The position numbers were made by a program, and so were the translations under genes. From an uncultured virus (IMG/VR IMGVR_UViG_3300008113_011532) (lineage: Duplodnaviria > Heunggongvirae > Uroviricota > Caudoviricetes), in the IMG/VR virus record IMGVR_UViG_3300008113_011532: 64,000 bases of DNA; one strand, given 5' to 3'. The notes below the pieces were generated by a model. That model was not told where the DNA came from. It saw only the letters and a list, made by a program, of their open reading frames with translations, and did not search any database. Below, piece by piece: positions 29,636 to 38,926 of the stretch (the first letter of the stretch is position 1; every line of letters begins with the position of its first letter).

Positions 29636-30387
29636 GAAAGTTCACGAAGATACTAGAGTCCGCGAACGATCCGGGCATCAGGCACATAAGAGACTGCGCA
29701 GTCGATCTCACCGACCTCGGCATCAGACTCGACAAGCTGAAAAGGCTACCATCCGGAAGGTACGACTTCTTCGCGACCAACGACGGTGACGTAGACACAC
29801 TTGAGGTCTACAACGCACTCACCGCACTCACCGATAGACTGGGTTCGGAGGGAATGAGCATAATCAGGATAGACGAGCTCACGATAAAGAAAAACTACGT
29901 CTGGATAAAATTGTTGATAGACGCACCGGGTAGCGGCATCGGTGAGAGTCAAGTCAAAGACTGGGCCTCGTTCAAGGATTACTGCGAGTCCGAGCTCGGC
30001 ATATCGGGAATAGAGGGGGAAACACCATGGTTCCGCATAAACGTGGTCGACAAGGACAACGGCTGGCCAAGTCTTCCAGAGGAAAAGTCGGGATGGTCGA
30101 TAGAGTGGGATGATGATAAGCTAACGGCAGAGGCCTTCGCCGCTCGGTTCCCAGGGTTCGAGGATCTTTTCCTGAAACTGGCGAAGAGGAAGATAGACTA
30201 CAATCTGGTATGGCATCTCGTCGCTGACGAAGGAGATTCCCATCGCATAAAGGATCCGGCCGAGCTGGAAGAGGCGAAGAGGTCGCACAACCCGATGAGG
30301 TTCGACCAGGAGGGCATCGACGCAGTCAAAGGACTTCTCGAGGCGGCCAAGAGATACCCAGAAAAGATAAAAGTAAAGAGCAGATGA
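29632..30387 (+). CDS. N-tagged hypothetical protein
   Basis: MRKFTKILES; IRDCAVDLTDLG; ATGA overlap. Confidence 0.8.
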   Translation: MRKFTKILESANDPGIRHIRDCAVDLTDLGIRLDKLKRLPSGRYDFFATNDGDVDTLEVYNALTALTDRLGSEGMSIIRIDELTIKKNYVWIKLLIDAPGSGIGESQVKDWASFKDYCESELGISGIEGETPWFRINVVDKDNGWPSLPEEKSGWSIEWDDDKLTAEAFAARFPGFEDLFLKLAKRKIDYNLVWHLVADEGDSHRIKDPAELEEAKRSHNPMRFDQEGIDAVKGLLEAAKRYPEKIKVKSR

Positions 30388-31181
30388 GACATATAAAAGA
30401 CTACAAGACATTCGAGGGTCTCATTCCAAAATACAACGAGCAGAAGTGGAAAGACTTCCTCGACGTGCTAAGGGCGGAGGACGTGCTCAGCGAATTCGGC
30501 ATCAGCGAGTCCGAGCTGGAACTAGACGACAACGGCCTGAGCATAAACGTCACCGACAAGGAGGAAGGCAAAAGACTATCAAAGGCCATAGAGGCGACCT
30601 GGGAAAGAACGAAGGAATACACAGGTAACTACCCGCACACCAGCATAGGCTACCTAAGGACGGACAGGAGCAAGGCTGCGGTGATGGTGACGCTCGAAGG
30701 CATTCCGACAATAACCGCCATCTACGGCGAGCTGGGCCTCGAGACTACCAAATACAAAGAGAACGGCTACACCGGAGACGTGACCTGCGGCGTACTGAAA
30801 TCGATAGACCACGCGTTCGAGGCCTTCAAATACCTCAACGGAAAGAGGAGATTCGCCTACGACAGCGACTTCGAGCCGCTCCGCGAGCTATGCGAAGGAC
30901 TCACGAGGATGCACGAAAAATCGAAAGAGTTGGTCGCACGAAATTTGCGCGATAAAACATCGCCAAAAATAAAAAGGCTGCTGCTCAACGTCGAGAGGTT
31001 CGCCGAAGAAAACTTCGGCCAGTACGTTGCCTTCATAGTCGAGCTCGAAGGCGTCACTGACAACCCAATCTACGTAATAAACTCTGCGAGGACAGACTCA
31101 CCATACGTATTCGTAAGATACGGTTCCACCTCATGGGATCACCTCAACATCAACAAAGCAATAGTGCACAACTACAGTTAG
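30384..31181 (+). CDS. N-tagged hypothetical protein
   Basis: MRHIKDYKTFEG; ATGA overlap. Confidence 0.8.
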   Translation: MRHIKDYKTFEGLIPKYNEQKWKDFLDVLRAEDVLSEFGISESELELDDNGLSINVTDKEEGKRLSKAIEATWERTKEYTGNYPHTSIGYLRTDRSKAAVMVTLEGIPTITAIYGELGLETTKYKENGYTGDVTCGVLKSIDHAFEAFKYLNGKRRFAYDSDFEPLRELCEGLTRMHEKSKELVARNLRDKTSPKIKRLLLNVERFAEENFGQYVAFIVELEGVTDNPIYVINSARTDSPYVFVRYGSTSWDHLNINKAIVHNYS

Positions 31182-31233
31182 CCGGAGGAAGTGATAATCA
31201 TTCCATATATAATGAAAAAACTAATCATTATTT

Positions 31234-31854
31234 ATGGAACTTTACGAGAGCATACTCAGACAACTGAAGGACCAGGAGCCAATGAACGACATAGATAATT
31301 CTATGGATCCTGAGGAATTCCAGCTGGCGGCGCTGAAGGCGGCGGCAAGGAAGCTCGAGCAGAGCATCAAGGACAGGAAGAAGCCCAAGACAATCACGAT
31401 CTCGGGCGACGCGCACAACAGGATAAAGACATACTGCGCGACGATGGGCCTCAACATAGGAAAGTGGACAGAGCAGGTACTTCTCAGGGAGATTACCGAC
31501 AACACATGCGTAGAGAAGGTACAGTCGAACTACGATGAGTACTTCAACGAGAGAGTTGAAGACATCAAGAACAAATACACCGCGAAGAGGACCAGGTACA
31601 AGACGGACAAGATGATCGTATGCGACGGACTTAGGCTGGTTGGCGAGTCCGCCACGACCGGAGATCCGGTGTACGAGCTGACGGACGATTCGCTGAACCC
31701 ACTCGACGTCGCTTACAACCTCGTGAAATGGGAGATTACCGTAGAGATAACGGACGAGGAAGTAGTTCCGCTCGCTCTCGAGAAGTACGAGCTCGAGACA
31801 GTCTTCGTTAGCAAGCACACAATTATGAAATCCAGGTTTGACAATAACAACTAG
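31234..31854 (+). CDS. Hypothetical protein with possible ribbon-helix-helix segment
   Basis: KTITISGDAHNRIKTYCATMGLNIGKWTEQVL. Confidence 0.6.
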   Translation: MELYESILRQLKDQEPMNDIDNSMDPEEFQLAALKAAARKLEQSIKDRKKPKTITISGDAHNRIKTYCATMGLNIGKWTEQVLLREITDNTCVEKVQSNYDEYFNERVEDIKNKYTAKRTRYKTDKMIVCDGLRLVGESATTGDPVYELTDDSLNPLDVAYNLVKWEITVEITDEEVVPLALEKYELETVFVSKHTIMKSRFDNNN

Positions 31855-31858
31855 AAAT

Positions 31859-32848
31859 ATGAAAAAATGCGTAATAATAGGTCATGTGGACAAGTCAAAG
31901 TACCGAATCGACCAACTAGACCGACTGATTGACTACTTCAACTCGAGAAATGTCGACGTCATACTCACCTCTTCAGAACACATCTCCGAAAGAAAAGGAG
32001 TAAAGAACTACATAACAACTAAAAACGTGACCGAAAAATTCTACACCTCAGAACTCTACCAAACTACTTGGGTCGGCGAGATTAAGCGTGCGTTCATGCA
32101 ACGTGACACCTACAACAACAACTACATCAATCCACGAAACTTCTTCATAAAACGTTTCAACATAACATCACAATACGCTTACTTACTGGACTATGATTAT
32201 GTATATCTGATGGAATCCGACGTAGAGATTAGAAAAGATTACTTTGATGAAATAACAAAGGAAGACTACGACTACGAAAATATGAAACTCTACTCATTCG
32301 GTTACGAAATTCACTTTTCTGCATCATTGCTACACGGTCCAACAAGCCTTGTGAAGGAGCTTTTCTCCGACAAAATGCTACAACACCTCGAAAAGATTGT
32401 ATCGGATGGCGTCACCGTTTGTGGAATAGAGCACGCGATTTCAAACATAAAAGACGGACTTGAGTCCCAAATCAGTGATCGAATAGACGTGATAACCGAC
32501 CCAGTGTCTATGTTCTTCGAAAAGTTCAACACAGCATCGTCGTCAAACATCGCCGATATATTCTTCGACAAAACTCAAGAAAAGTTCTTTTTCCTAATGA
32601 TGAAAGGAGACCGTATAGATAATACGTTCAGCTGCGAACTTTTCTCCGACGATACTATAATTCACTCACAAACTATTGAACAGATGGGAATCTGGTTCTC
32701 CTGGCAATTAGAAACAAACAGGTCCTACAAAATAAAATACTACGAGGGCCAAATAGACGAATACTACCTCTCTTACACGAAGGAAATATTCACAGATCCA
32801 CAAAACACCGAACTACACAACAACACCGTCGAGGACTACGTGGACTAA
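31859..32848 (+). CDS. Hypothetical protein, possibly glycosyltransferase-like
   Basis: DVILTS, YVYLMESD (DxD-like), GIEH; relatively AT-rich. Confidence 0.55.
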   Translation: MKKCVIIGHVDKSKYRIDQLDRLIDYFNSRNVDVILTSSEHISERKGVKNYITTKNVTEKFYTSELYQTTWVGEIKRAFMQRDTYNNNYINPRNFFIKRFNITSQYAYLLDYDYVYLMESDVEIRKDYFDEITKEDYDYENMKLYSFGYEIHFSASLLHGPTSLVKELFSDKMLQHLEKIVSDGVTVCGIEHAISNIKDGLESQISDRIDVITDPVSMFFEKFNTASSSNIADIFFDKTQEKFFFLMMKGDRIDNTFSCELFSDDTIIHSQTIEQMGIWFSWQLETNRSYKIKYYEGQIDEYYLSYTKEIFTDPQNTELHNNTVEDYVD

Positions 32849-32871
32849 TCAAAAAATAACTATATTAGCGT

Positions 32872-33030
32872 ATGGGAAATTTCAAAAGAAAAGACGGATA
32901 CGTAGGCGGCGTTTGCGCAGGCCTTGGAGACTACACAGGAATTGACGCAATCTTCTGGAGGATAGGCTTCGTGGTAACAGGCTGGATACTAATCTACGTA
33001 TTGATCTGGGCGTTCACGAAGTCGGAATAA
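32872..33030 (+). CDS. pspC: PspC-domain membrane protein (52 aa)
   Basis: MGNFKRKDGYVGGVCAGLGDYTGIDAIFWRIGF...YVLIW; absent from the ORF track. Confidence 0.85.
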   Translation: MGNFKRKDGYVGGVCAGLGDYTGIDAIFWRIGFVVTGWILIYVLIWAFTKSE

Positions 33031-33072
33031 CGGTTTCCTATTTGTAATATATACAGAAAACTAACTGAACAA

Positions 33073-33636
33073 ATGGCGATAGTAACAAACTTCAACGACT
33101 TCAGCATCAACGAGTCCGTGGAAAGTAAGCACCTTTACTGGAACGGGGAAGGTAAGCACCAAGACGAGTACGACAGACTCTACGCGGAGCTGGTCGGCAG
33201 CAGCGGATCATCCGAGACGCTCAACGGCGAGCTAATACGCGCGGCGTCAAGGCTATACCACGAGAACTTCAACAACGGCAACGGCAATGCCAAAGAAGAA
33301 GAATGGGAACACTGCGGACACTGCAGCGGTAGCGGCGAGGTCGAGAAGGACGACTACGACGAGGAGTACGACGACTACGAGTACGAGGAGTGCCCTGAGT
33401 GCTGGGGAGAAGGCAAGATCGAGGAAGGCGGAAAGGTAGATTCCTTCTACCAAAAGTTCATTCAACTGATAGGGGACAACGTGCCAGAAGCAAAGGACAC
33501 CGTCGACGCAATCGAGGTCTTCATCACAACCGGCAGAGGCGACGAGAGAAAGTACGACACGCTTATCGACCAGGTCGTCGAGCACGTACTCAAGACAGAG
33601 GACCAGCCGCTTCCGGCAGATTACGACAGAGACTAA
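33073..33636 (+). CDS. N-tagged protein with inserted Zn finger
   Basis: VTNFNDFSINES; GELIRAASRLYHENFNNGNGN; CGHCSGSG...CPECWGEG. Confidence 0.8.
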   Translation: MAIVTNFNDFSINESVESKHLYWNGEGKHQDEYDRLYAELVGSSGSSETLNGELIRAASRLYHENFNNGNGNAKEEEWEHCGHCSGSGEVEKDDYDEEYDDYEYEECPECWGEGKIEEGGKVDSFYQKFIQLIGDNVPEAKDTVDAIEVFITTGRGDERKYDTLIDQVVEHVLKTEDQPLPADYDRD

Positions 33637-33652
33637 AAAACACAACAAAATA

Positions 33653-33674
33653 AAAGCCGCAGAAATGCGGCTTT
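33653..33674 (+). terminator. Intrinsic terminator
   Basis: AAAGCCGCA-GAAA-TGCGGCTTT. Confidence 0.7.
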
Positions 33675-33712
33675 CTCGTTTAAATAAACTACATTTACGA
33701 AAAAACCTAGCT

Positions 33713-34585
33713 ATGCAAGTAATCTGTATAAAAATCGGCTCGCTCTCCGAGTTCGAGACATTCCTCCTGGCGGAAAGACTGAAATTGGACTATCTGGCAT
33801 TCAACGAAATCCGAGCGGACAGGACCGTGAAGAAGTACTGGCTAGACGCTGACACGGGCAGAGTTCTCGCGGTAGAGCGCGAAATCGACGGCGAAAGAGA
33901 GCTTGACCAGCTCACACTGCTGACATCCGAGGAGATTTCAGCGATCAGAAAGACCAAGCCGGTTCTAGCCGGTGAGCCAACACGAAAGTACAAAGGCGAC
34001 ATCGAGGAAGCAAGAGAGGATTTCAAACGACTCGTAGAGGAGGAAAAAGAACGCAGAAACGCGATGCTCAACAGAGACTACGACCCGAAAGACATCGTTT
34101 GCATAAACGCCAAGTCCACGCTGCAACAGGTCTTCGCAGCCTGCATAGACAACGATGTAGATCCGGTACCGACAATATCTTTCATATACGGCAACGGGCA
34201 CATCGAACTGACCAGGGTTTGGTTCGAGAAGAAGACCGGAGTTCTAGTGGCCTACAGCTACCAAGACTTCCACGAGGAAAGGTTCGAGACGGTCGACTGC
34301 CTGATACCGAAGAAAGCAATCCACAGGATGAGCCATACACCTGTGAAGACGCCCAAGCTGAAGGTCAACGAAGACGTAATCGAGGCCTACCAGAGACTCA
34401 AAGAGATCGGAGTGAACCTGGCCATCGAAAAGCTAGAGAACGTCCAACTGAAGCAGAAGAGAAGAGACTTCCTAGACAAGCTACAACAACAACTAACAGA
34501 CGCCATCGACCAAGAGGACTACGAAAAGGCGGCAACACTAAGGGACCGTATAAAGTCAATCGAAGAAGGGTCCGACGAAACATAA
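33713..34585 (+). CDS. Protein with duplicated N-terminal domain and C-terminal UVR motif
   Basis: YWLDADTGRVLA / VWFEKKTGVLVA repeat; LTDAIDQEDYEKAATLRDRIKSIE. Confidence 0.8.
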   Translation: MQVICIKIGSLSEFETFLLAERLKLDYLAFNEIRADRTVKKYWLDADTGRVLAVEREIDGERELDQLTLLTSEEISAIRKTKPVLAGEPTRKYKGDIEEAREDFKRLVEEEKERRNAMLNRDYDPKDIVCINAKSTLQQVFAACIDNDVDPVPTISFIYGNGHIELTRVWFEKKTGVLVAYSYQDFHEERFETVDCLIPKKAIHRMSHTPVKTPKLKVNEDVIEAYQRLKEIGVNLAIEKLENVQLKQKRRDFLDKLQQQLTDAIDQEDYEKAATLRDRIKSIEEGSDET

Positions 34586-34609
34586 AACTAAAAGCACGAT
34601 ATAAAGAGC

Positions 34610-36034
34610 ATGGTAAACTTCGAGGAACTAAAATCCGAATGCTACGGATACTTCAAGAAAAACAGCTCACGCGAATTCGAACTGACGCAACAGCTGGAGG
34701 AGGAAGGCTATGACACAATCTCTTTGACCTGGGGAATGACAAACTACGACTCACTCGTAGAAACATTCAAACAGCTAAAAAAACCAAAACGCTTCGTCGT
34801 GCTAGGATGCAGCATAGGATACCAGTGCTTCGTCTGGAACCAGATGTACCCGGACATCCCTTGCGTCGGAATAGACATATTCGAACATAGGGTAAACTGG
34901 GGCGCAAACATGATACAGAAGCACAGAATAAATAACGTCACGCTACTCTCTGGTGACTTGAACACTCTCGCAATAAACGACGGAGACCTCGTATGGCAAA
35001 ACAACCTGCTTTTCGATGAAGAGACGGTTGTCGACTACAACCAACGGCTACTACAACGAAGGGATGTAGAGATAGTTTCATTCCAGTCGATCGAGTCGTT
35101 CGAGGCCTCACTCATCAGGATCGGAATGATCTCGAACTCCAGAGACATACTCATACACAACGGCAGCGAATTCAAATCGATGAAGACCTGTGAGATCTAC
35201 GTAAACACAAGCTGGGCACCGGATCAGAACATATACTACTACTACCCGGACAGGCCGTGCGAAGGCGCCTTCGACGTCGACCATCTTCCCGAAGAGATAC
35301 TGCTCGACGAGGACGACGTATCGACATACGAGAAAATGCTCATGTCACGAAAGAGGATAGTCTCACAAACACTCAAAAGACTTAACAACAAGAACGAATC
35401 CAAAAAAATATTCGAGCAAGTCGGCTTCAACGTGCCACGACGGATACTCTACACGAACCAGAAAACGGACATCGAGCAGACACTCACGAAACTCGAGTCA
35501 TTCGTGGCCAAGCCGGCACACTGGTCTGAATCAGTCGACGTGCACATAAAAAGGCCAGGCCAATCCGTCGACGAACACGAGATCAGCAAAAAACTCAACG
35601 AAAGAATTTCGATGTCCGATCAGTTCAACTGGAGGAGACACCCGATATCAGGCGGAATACCTTTCAAAGAAACCGAAGCAGGAATTCTGGTGGAGGAATA
35701 CATAGACGTCGTGTACGAGCTCAAGGTCTTCGTCGTGTTCGGCGACCCGATGGTTTGCGACCTAAGAGACGGGCCTACAGAGCTACACAACATAGACTAC
35801 ATACGGAAGGAAAACAAATACCTCGACTGGGACAGAGAGCACGAACTGATAAAGAAACTGGCGAGAGAGATACGTGTCGACTTCTTCAGAATAGACTTCC
35901 TCTACGACGGAGAGAAACTGTACGCGAACGAGATTACGTTCATGCCAGGAACCACACTTCCCGAGGATGTCTCATACTCAATCGAGAGAAGAATGAGATC
36001 GACCTACACAAAACTATTCCACTCAAAAAAATAA
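34610..36034 (+). CDS. Methyltransferase fused to a TupA-like ATP-grasp domain
   Basis: TWG...VLGCSIG...GID; FVAKPAHWS, ILVEEYI, FFRIDF, NEITFMPG. Confidence 0.75.
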   Translation: MVNFEELKSECYGYFKKNSSREFELTQQLEEEGYDTISLTWGMTNYDSLVETFKQLKKPKRFVVLGCSIGYQCFVWNQMYPDIPCVGIDIFEHRVNWGANMIQKHRINNVTLLSGDLNTLAINDGDLVWQNNLLFDEETVVDYNQRLLQRRDVEIVSFQSIESFEASLIRIGMISNSRDILIHNGSEFKSMKTCEIYVNTSWAPDQNIYYYYPDRPCEGAFDVDHLPEEILLDEDDVSTYEKMLMSRKRIVSQTLKRLNNKNESKKIFEQVGFNVPRRILYTNQKTDIEQTLTKLESFVAKPAHWSESVDVHIKRPGQSVDEHEISKKLNERISMSDQFNWRRHPISGGIPFKETEAGILVEEYIDVVYELKVFVVFGDPMVCDLRDGPTELHNIDYIRKENKYLDWDREHELIKKLAREIRVDFFRIDFLYDGEKLYANEITFMPGTTLPEDVSYSIERRMRSTYTKLFHSKK

Positions 36035-36056
36035 AGTCCGTTTTTAGACGGACTTT
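36033..36056. terminator. Bidirectional terminator
   Basis: AAAGTCCGT...ACGGACTTT between convergent genes. Confidence 0.7.
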
Positions 36057-37543
36057 TTTGTTGAATAAATCTCTTTACCCGACTCGGTCATCCTAACTGG
36101 GAATCCCCAGAGGTACTCGACGTAAGGAACAACCTTCTTCAGCTCGTTGTAGTCGAGACCCTTACCACACTCAGGCGTGTATTCCAGCGTCAAGGTTCTG
36201 TCGCCGTAGACGTCGACGTCATAAACCTGTATCTCAGGAACGTACCTGCTACGGTTGTAGTGCTCGGAAAGCGCCTGCCTGACCTTTCTGTAACCTGCCT
36301 CATTGTGTATCGCCGCCACCTCGTAATAAGTGTTCTCCGCGTTGTCGTCGATCCTAAATAGCCTCATATCCCTGATGACCTTCGGCGAAAGGTACTGCAG
36401 CACGAATGTCTCATCCTTGAAGTTCTCTACTATGTAGCGGAACTGCTCGATCCAATCGCCCTTTCCAGCAAGGTTAGGAAACCATTCAATGTCTTCCTTG
36501 GTAGGGTTCAGCGACATCCTCTTCAGATCCTGGAATATGTTGAAACCCAAAGTATAGGGATTCAGACCAGAGTAGAACTTGCTGTCGAAGGCCGGCTGGA
36601 ATATGACGTTCGAGTGGTGGTGGTAGAACTCGAGCATGAAGTCCTCCGCCAGCCAACCCTCCTCGTACATCCTGTTTATTATCTCGTAATGCGAGTGTGT
36701 GGCGCAGCCCTCGTTGATTACCTTCGTCTGCCCCTGCGGGTAGAAGTACTGTGCAGTCTTACGGACTATCCTGACAATCTCCCTCTGCCAACCGCGTAGC
36801 TTAGGAGAGTTCTTCTCGATGAAATAGAGAATGTTCTCTTCCGGCGACTCAGGAAACCTCTTATCGAGCAGCCTTTCCTTCTCCTCCTTCGGAACGGTCC
36901 TCCAGAGGTCGTTGAGAAGGATCCTGTCGTCCTCAAGTCTCTTCCTTAGCCTCTCCTGCTCCTCGGCCGCCGAGATACGGCGCGGCTTCTTGTACTTGTC
37001 GACGCCGTAGTTCATAAGGGCGTGGCAAGCGTCCAGAACCTGCTCCACTTCTTCAAAGCCGTACTTCTCCTCGCACTTGTGTATGTAGTCCCTGGCGAAG
37101 ACCATATAGTCGACTATAGAGTCCGCCTGCGTCCACTGCTTGAAGAGGTAGTTGTTCTTGAAGAAGTGGTTGTGACCCATCGCGGCATGCGCGAGAACGA
37201 GAGTCATAAGACACGTAGTGTTGTCCTCCATGTTGTACGATATGCAGGGATTCGAGTTTATGACTAGCTCGTAAGCAAGCCCCATCCTCCCCTTCTTATA
37301 GTTGTTCTGGTTCATCACGAAGTCCTTTCCAAACTTCCAGTGGTTGTACGAGATAGGAAGACCAATCAGCGAGTAGGCGTCGAGCATCTGCTCGGAAGTC
37401 GTTATCTCGAACTGGTTTGGGTATATGCTGAGGCCCAGCCACTCGGTGGCAATCCTCTCGATTATCTCGTTGGCAACCTCTATTGTCTCGTGATCCCAAT
37501 CCGACTTAGAGAACATCGCCCGTATCTTTTCCTTATCCATCAT
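36044..37543 (-). CDS. spoVR: SpoVR/YcgB family protein
   Basis: YNHWKFGK, AYELVINSNPCISY, AHAAMGHNHFFKNN, YFYPQGQTKVINEG, NPYTLGF. Confidence 0.95.
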   Translation of the reverse strand: MMDKEKIRAMFSKSDWDHETIEVANEIIERIATEWLGLSIYPNQFEITTSEQMLDAYSLIGLPISYNHWKFGKDFVMNQNNYKKGRMGLAYELVINSNPCISYNMEDNTTCLMTLVLAHAAMGHNHFFKNNYLFKQWTQADSIVDYMVFARDYIHKCEEKYGFEEVEQVLDACHALMNYGVDKYKKPRRISAAEEQERLRKRLEDDRILLNDLWRTVPKEEKERLLDKRFPESPEENILYFIEKNSPKLRGWQREIVRIVRKTAQYFYPQGQTKVINEGCATHSHYEIINRMYEEGWLAEDFMLEFYHHHSNVIFQPAFDSKFYSGLNPYTLGFNIFQDLKRMSLNPTKEDIEWFPNLAGKGDWIEQFRYIVENFKDETFVLQYLSPKVIRDMRLFRIDDNAENTYYEVAAIHNEAGYRKVRQALSEHYNRSRYVPEIQVYDVDVYGDRTLTLEYTPECGKGLDYNELKKVVPYVEYLWGFPVRMTESGKEIYSTKKSV

Positions 37544-38805
37544 GCCGTCTTCTTTTTGAAGAAGTCCTGAAATACCTTCCATATCTCACCGACTCCATTT
37601 ATCTTACCAATCTCGAAGTTTTTGTGCTTGCCCGAGACCCTCTTGTAGCTGGTCCAGAGGTCGCCCTCGTTGTTCCTGCATATCTCTATGTATATCATGT
37701 ACTGAACCCTCTGAAGTATGTCAGAGTCGAGTATCTTCGCACAGTCGAGCGCGTCGGTCCTGTCCCAGACGTCGCCGTCCGACGCCTGAGCGGCGTAGAC
37801 GTTCCAACCCTCGGAATACCTCTCCTTTATAATCTTGGCCATAAGCTCCAGTGCCGTAATCACGACCGTGCCGCCGGACTCCTTCGAGTTGAAGAACTCC
37901 TCCTCCGTGACCTCCTTCGCTGTGGTGTGGTGCCTGATGAAGACCATCTCGATCCTCTCGTACTGCTTGGTCAAGAACATATAAAGAAGCATGAAGAACC
38001 TCTTAGCGATGTCCTTCTCCTTCTCACCCATCGAACCGGAGACGTCCATCACGCAGAACATCACCGCTGACGTGCTAGGAACGGGTATCTTCTCGAAGTT
38101 GTTGTACTGAAGGTCGACCTCCTCCATAAAGGAGACAGACATCTTCATCTTCCTCAGCTTGTCAAGCTCCTTCTCGAGCTCGGCGATAACAACATCGTCG
38201 GTCTCTGTCTTCAGCTTCTCCTCTATCTCCTTTATCTTCTTGTCGAAGAAGAGGCCAACCGCCATCCTCCTCGCCATTGAGTTCTTGTAGGAACGAGTGA
38301 CGTTCAGCCTGCTAGGGTTTCCGTAGTTCGAGTAGCCAGCGCGCTTCTGCTTGAAGTCTACAACAGAGTTCAAGTGCTTCTTCACCATATCGGGAAGCTC
38401 CAAGTCCGCGAAGAAGTAGTCCAGGAACTCCTCCCTGCTTATGGAAACCGTGAACTCGTCCTCGGTTACCGAAGGGTCGTTCGAACCCTTACCCTGGCCG
38501 CTTCCGCCACCTCCTCCACCCTTGGGCTTCTTGATGAGGTCGCCCTCGTCGTACTCCTTGTTACCAGGATGCACCCAGTGCTTCTCGCCAGTGTCCTTGT
38601 CGTAGGTGAACTGCGGCTCGCCTATACCTTTAACGGGTATCTTCACTCTTTCCTTTGAGGAAGTCAGATCCTTGACGTTCGTGCCCTTCACGATGTCCGG
38701 CAGGGCCTTCTTTATCTGGCCGTCAATCCTTTTGAGGAGTCTCTGCCTGTTCTCCGAGGACTTGCCTTTCGGACTCTTCCTCCTGTCCACTATGTTTATC
38801 GACAT
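37540..38805 (-). CDS. yeaH: YeaH/YhbH (DUF444) vWA-domain protein
   Basis: IVDRR, HPGNKEY, AVMFCVMDVSGSM MIDAS motif, FIRHHT, ESGGT, QASDGD. Confidence 0.95.
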   Translation of the reverse strand: MSINIVDRRKSPKGKSSENRQRLLKRIDGQIKKALPDIVKGTNVKDLTSSKERVKIPVKGIGEPQFTYDKDTGEKHWVHPGNKEYDEGDLIKKPKGGGGGGSGQGKGSNDPSVTEDEFTVSISREEFLDYFFADLELPDMVKKHLNSVVDFKQKRAGYSNYGNPSRLNVTRSYKNSMARRMAVGLFFDKKIKEIEEKLKTETDDVVIAELEKELDKLRKMKMSVSFMEEVDLQYNNFEKIPVPSTSAVMFCVMDVSGSMGEKEKDIAKRFFMLLYMFLTKQYERIEMVFIRHHTTAKEVTEEEFFNSKESGGTVVITALELMAKIIKERYSEGWNVYAAQASDGDVWDRTDALDCAKILDSDILQRVQYMIYIEICRNNEGDLWTSYKRVSGKHKNFEIGKINGVGEIWKVFQDFFKKKTA

Positions 38806-38926
38806 GTTCTAGTAAATTTTTGTTAGGCTTCGGCCTCCAGATCGCTATGTCCCAAAGCGACGCTATGCGCCACTTCCGTATAAACCTCTTGTTTGTGAAT
38901 AGGTAGTGCGGAAGCGGCATGGCGTC

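Noticed and set aside
38723..38920. 65-aa ORF between prkA and yeaH
   Set aside because: It overlaps yeaH by 83 nt and has no recognisable motif; RNA structure explains the gap better. Not fully excluded.
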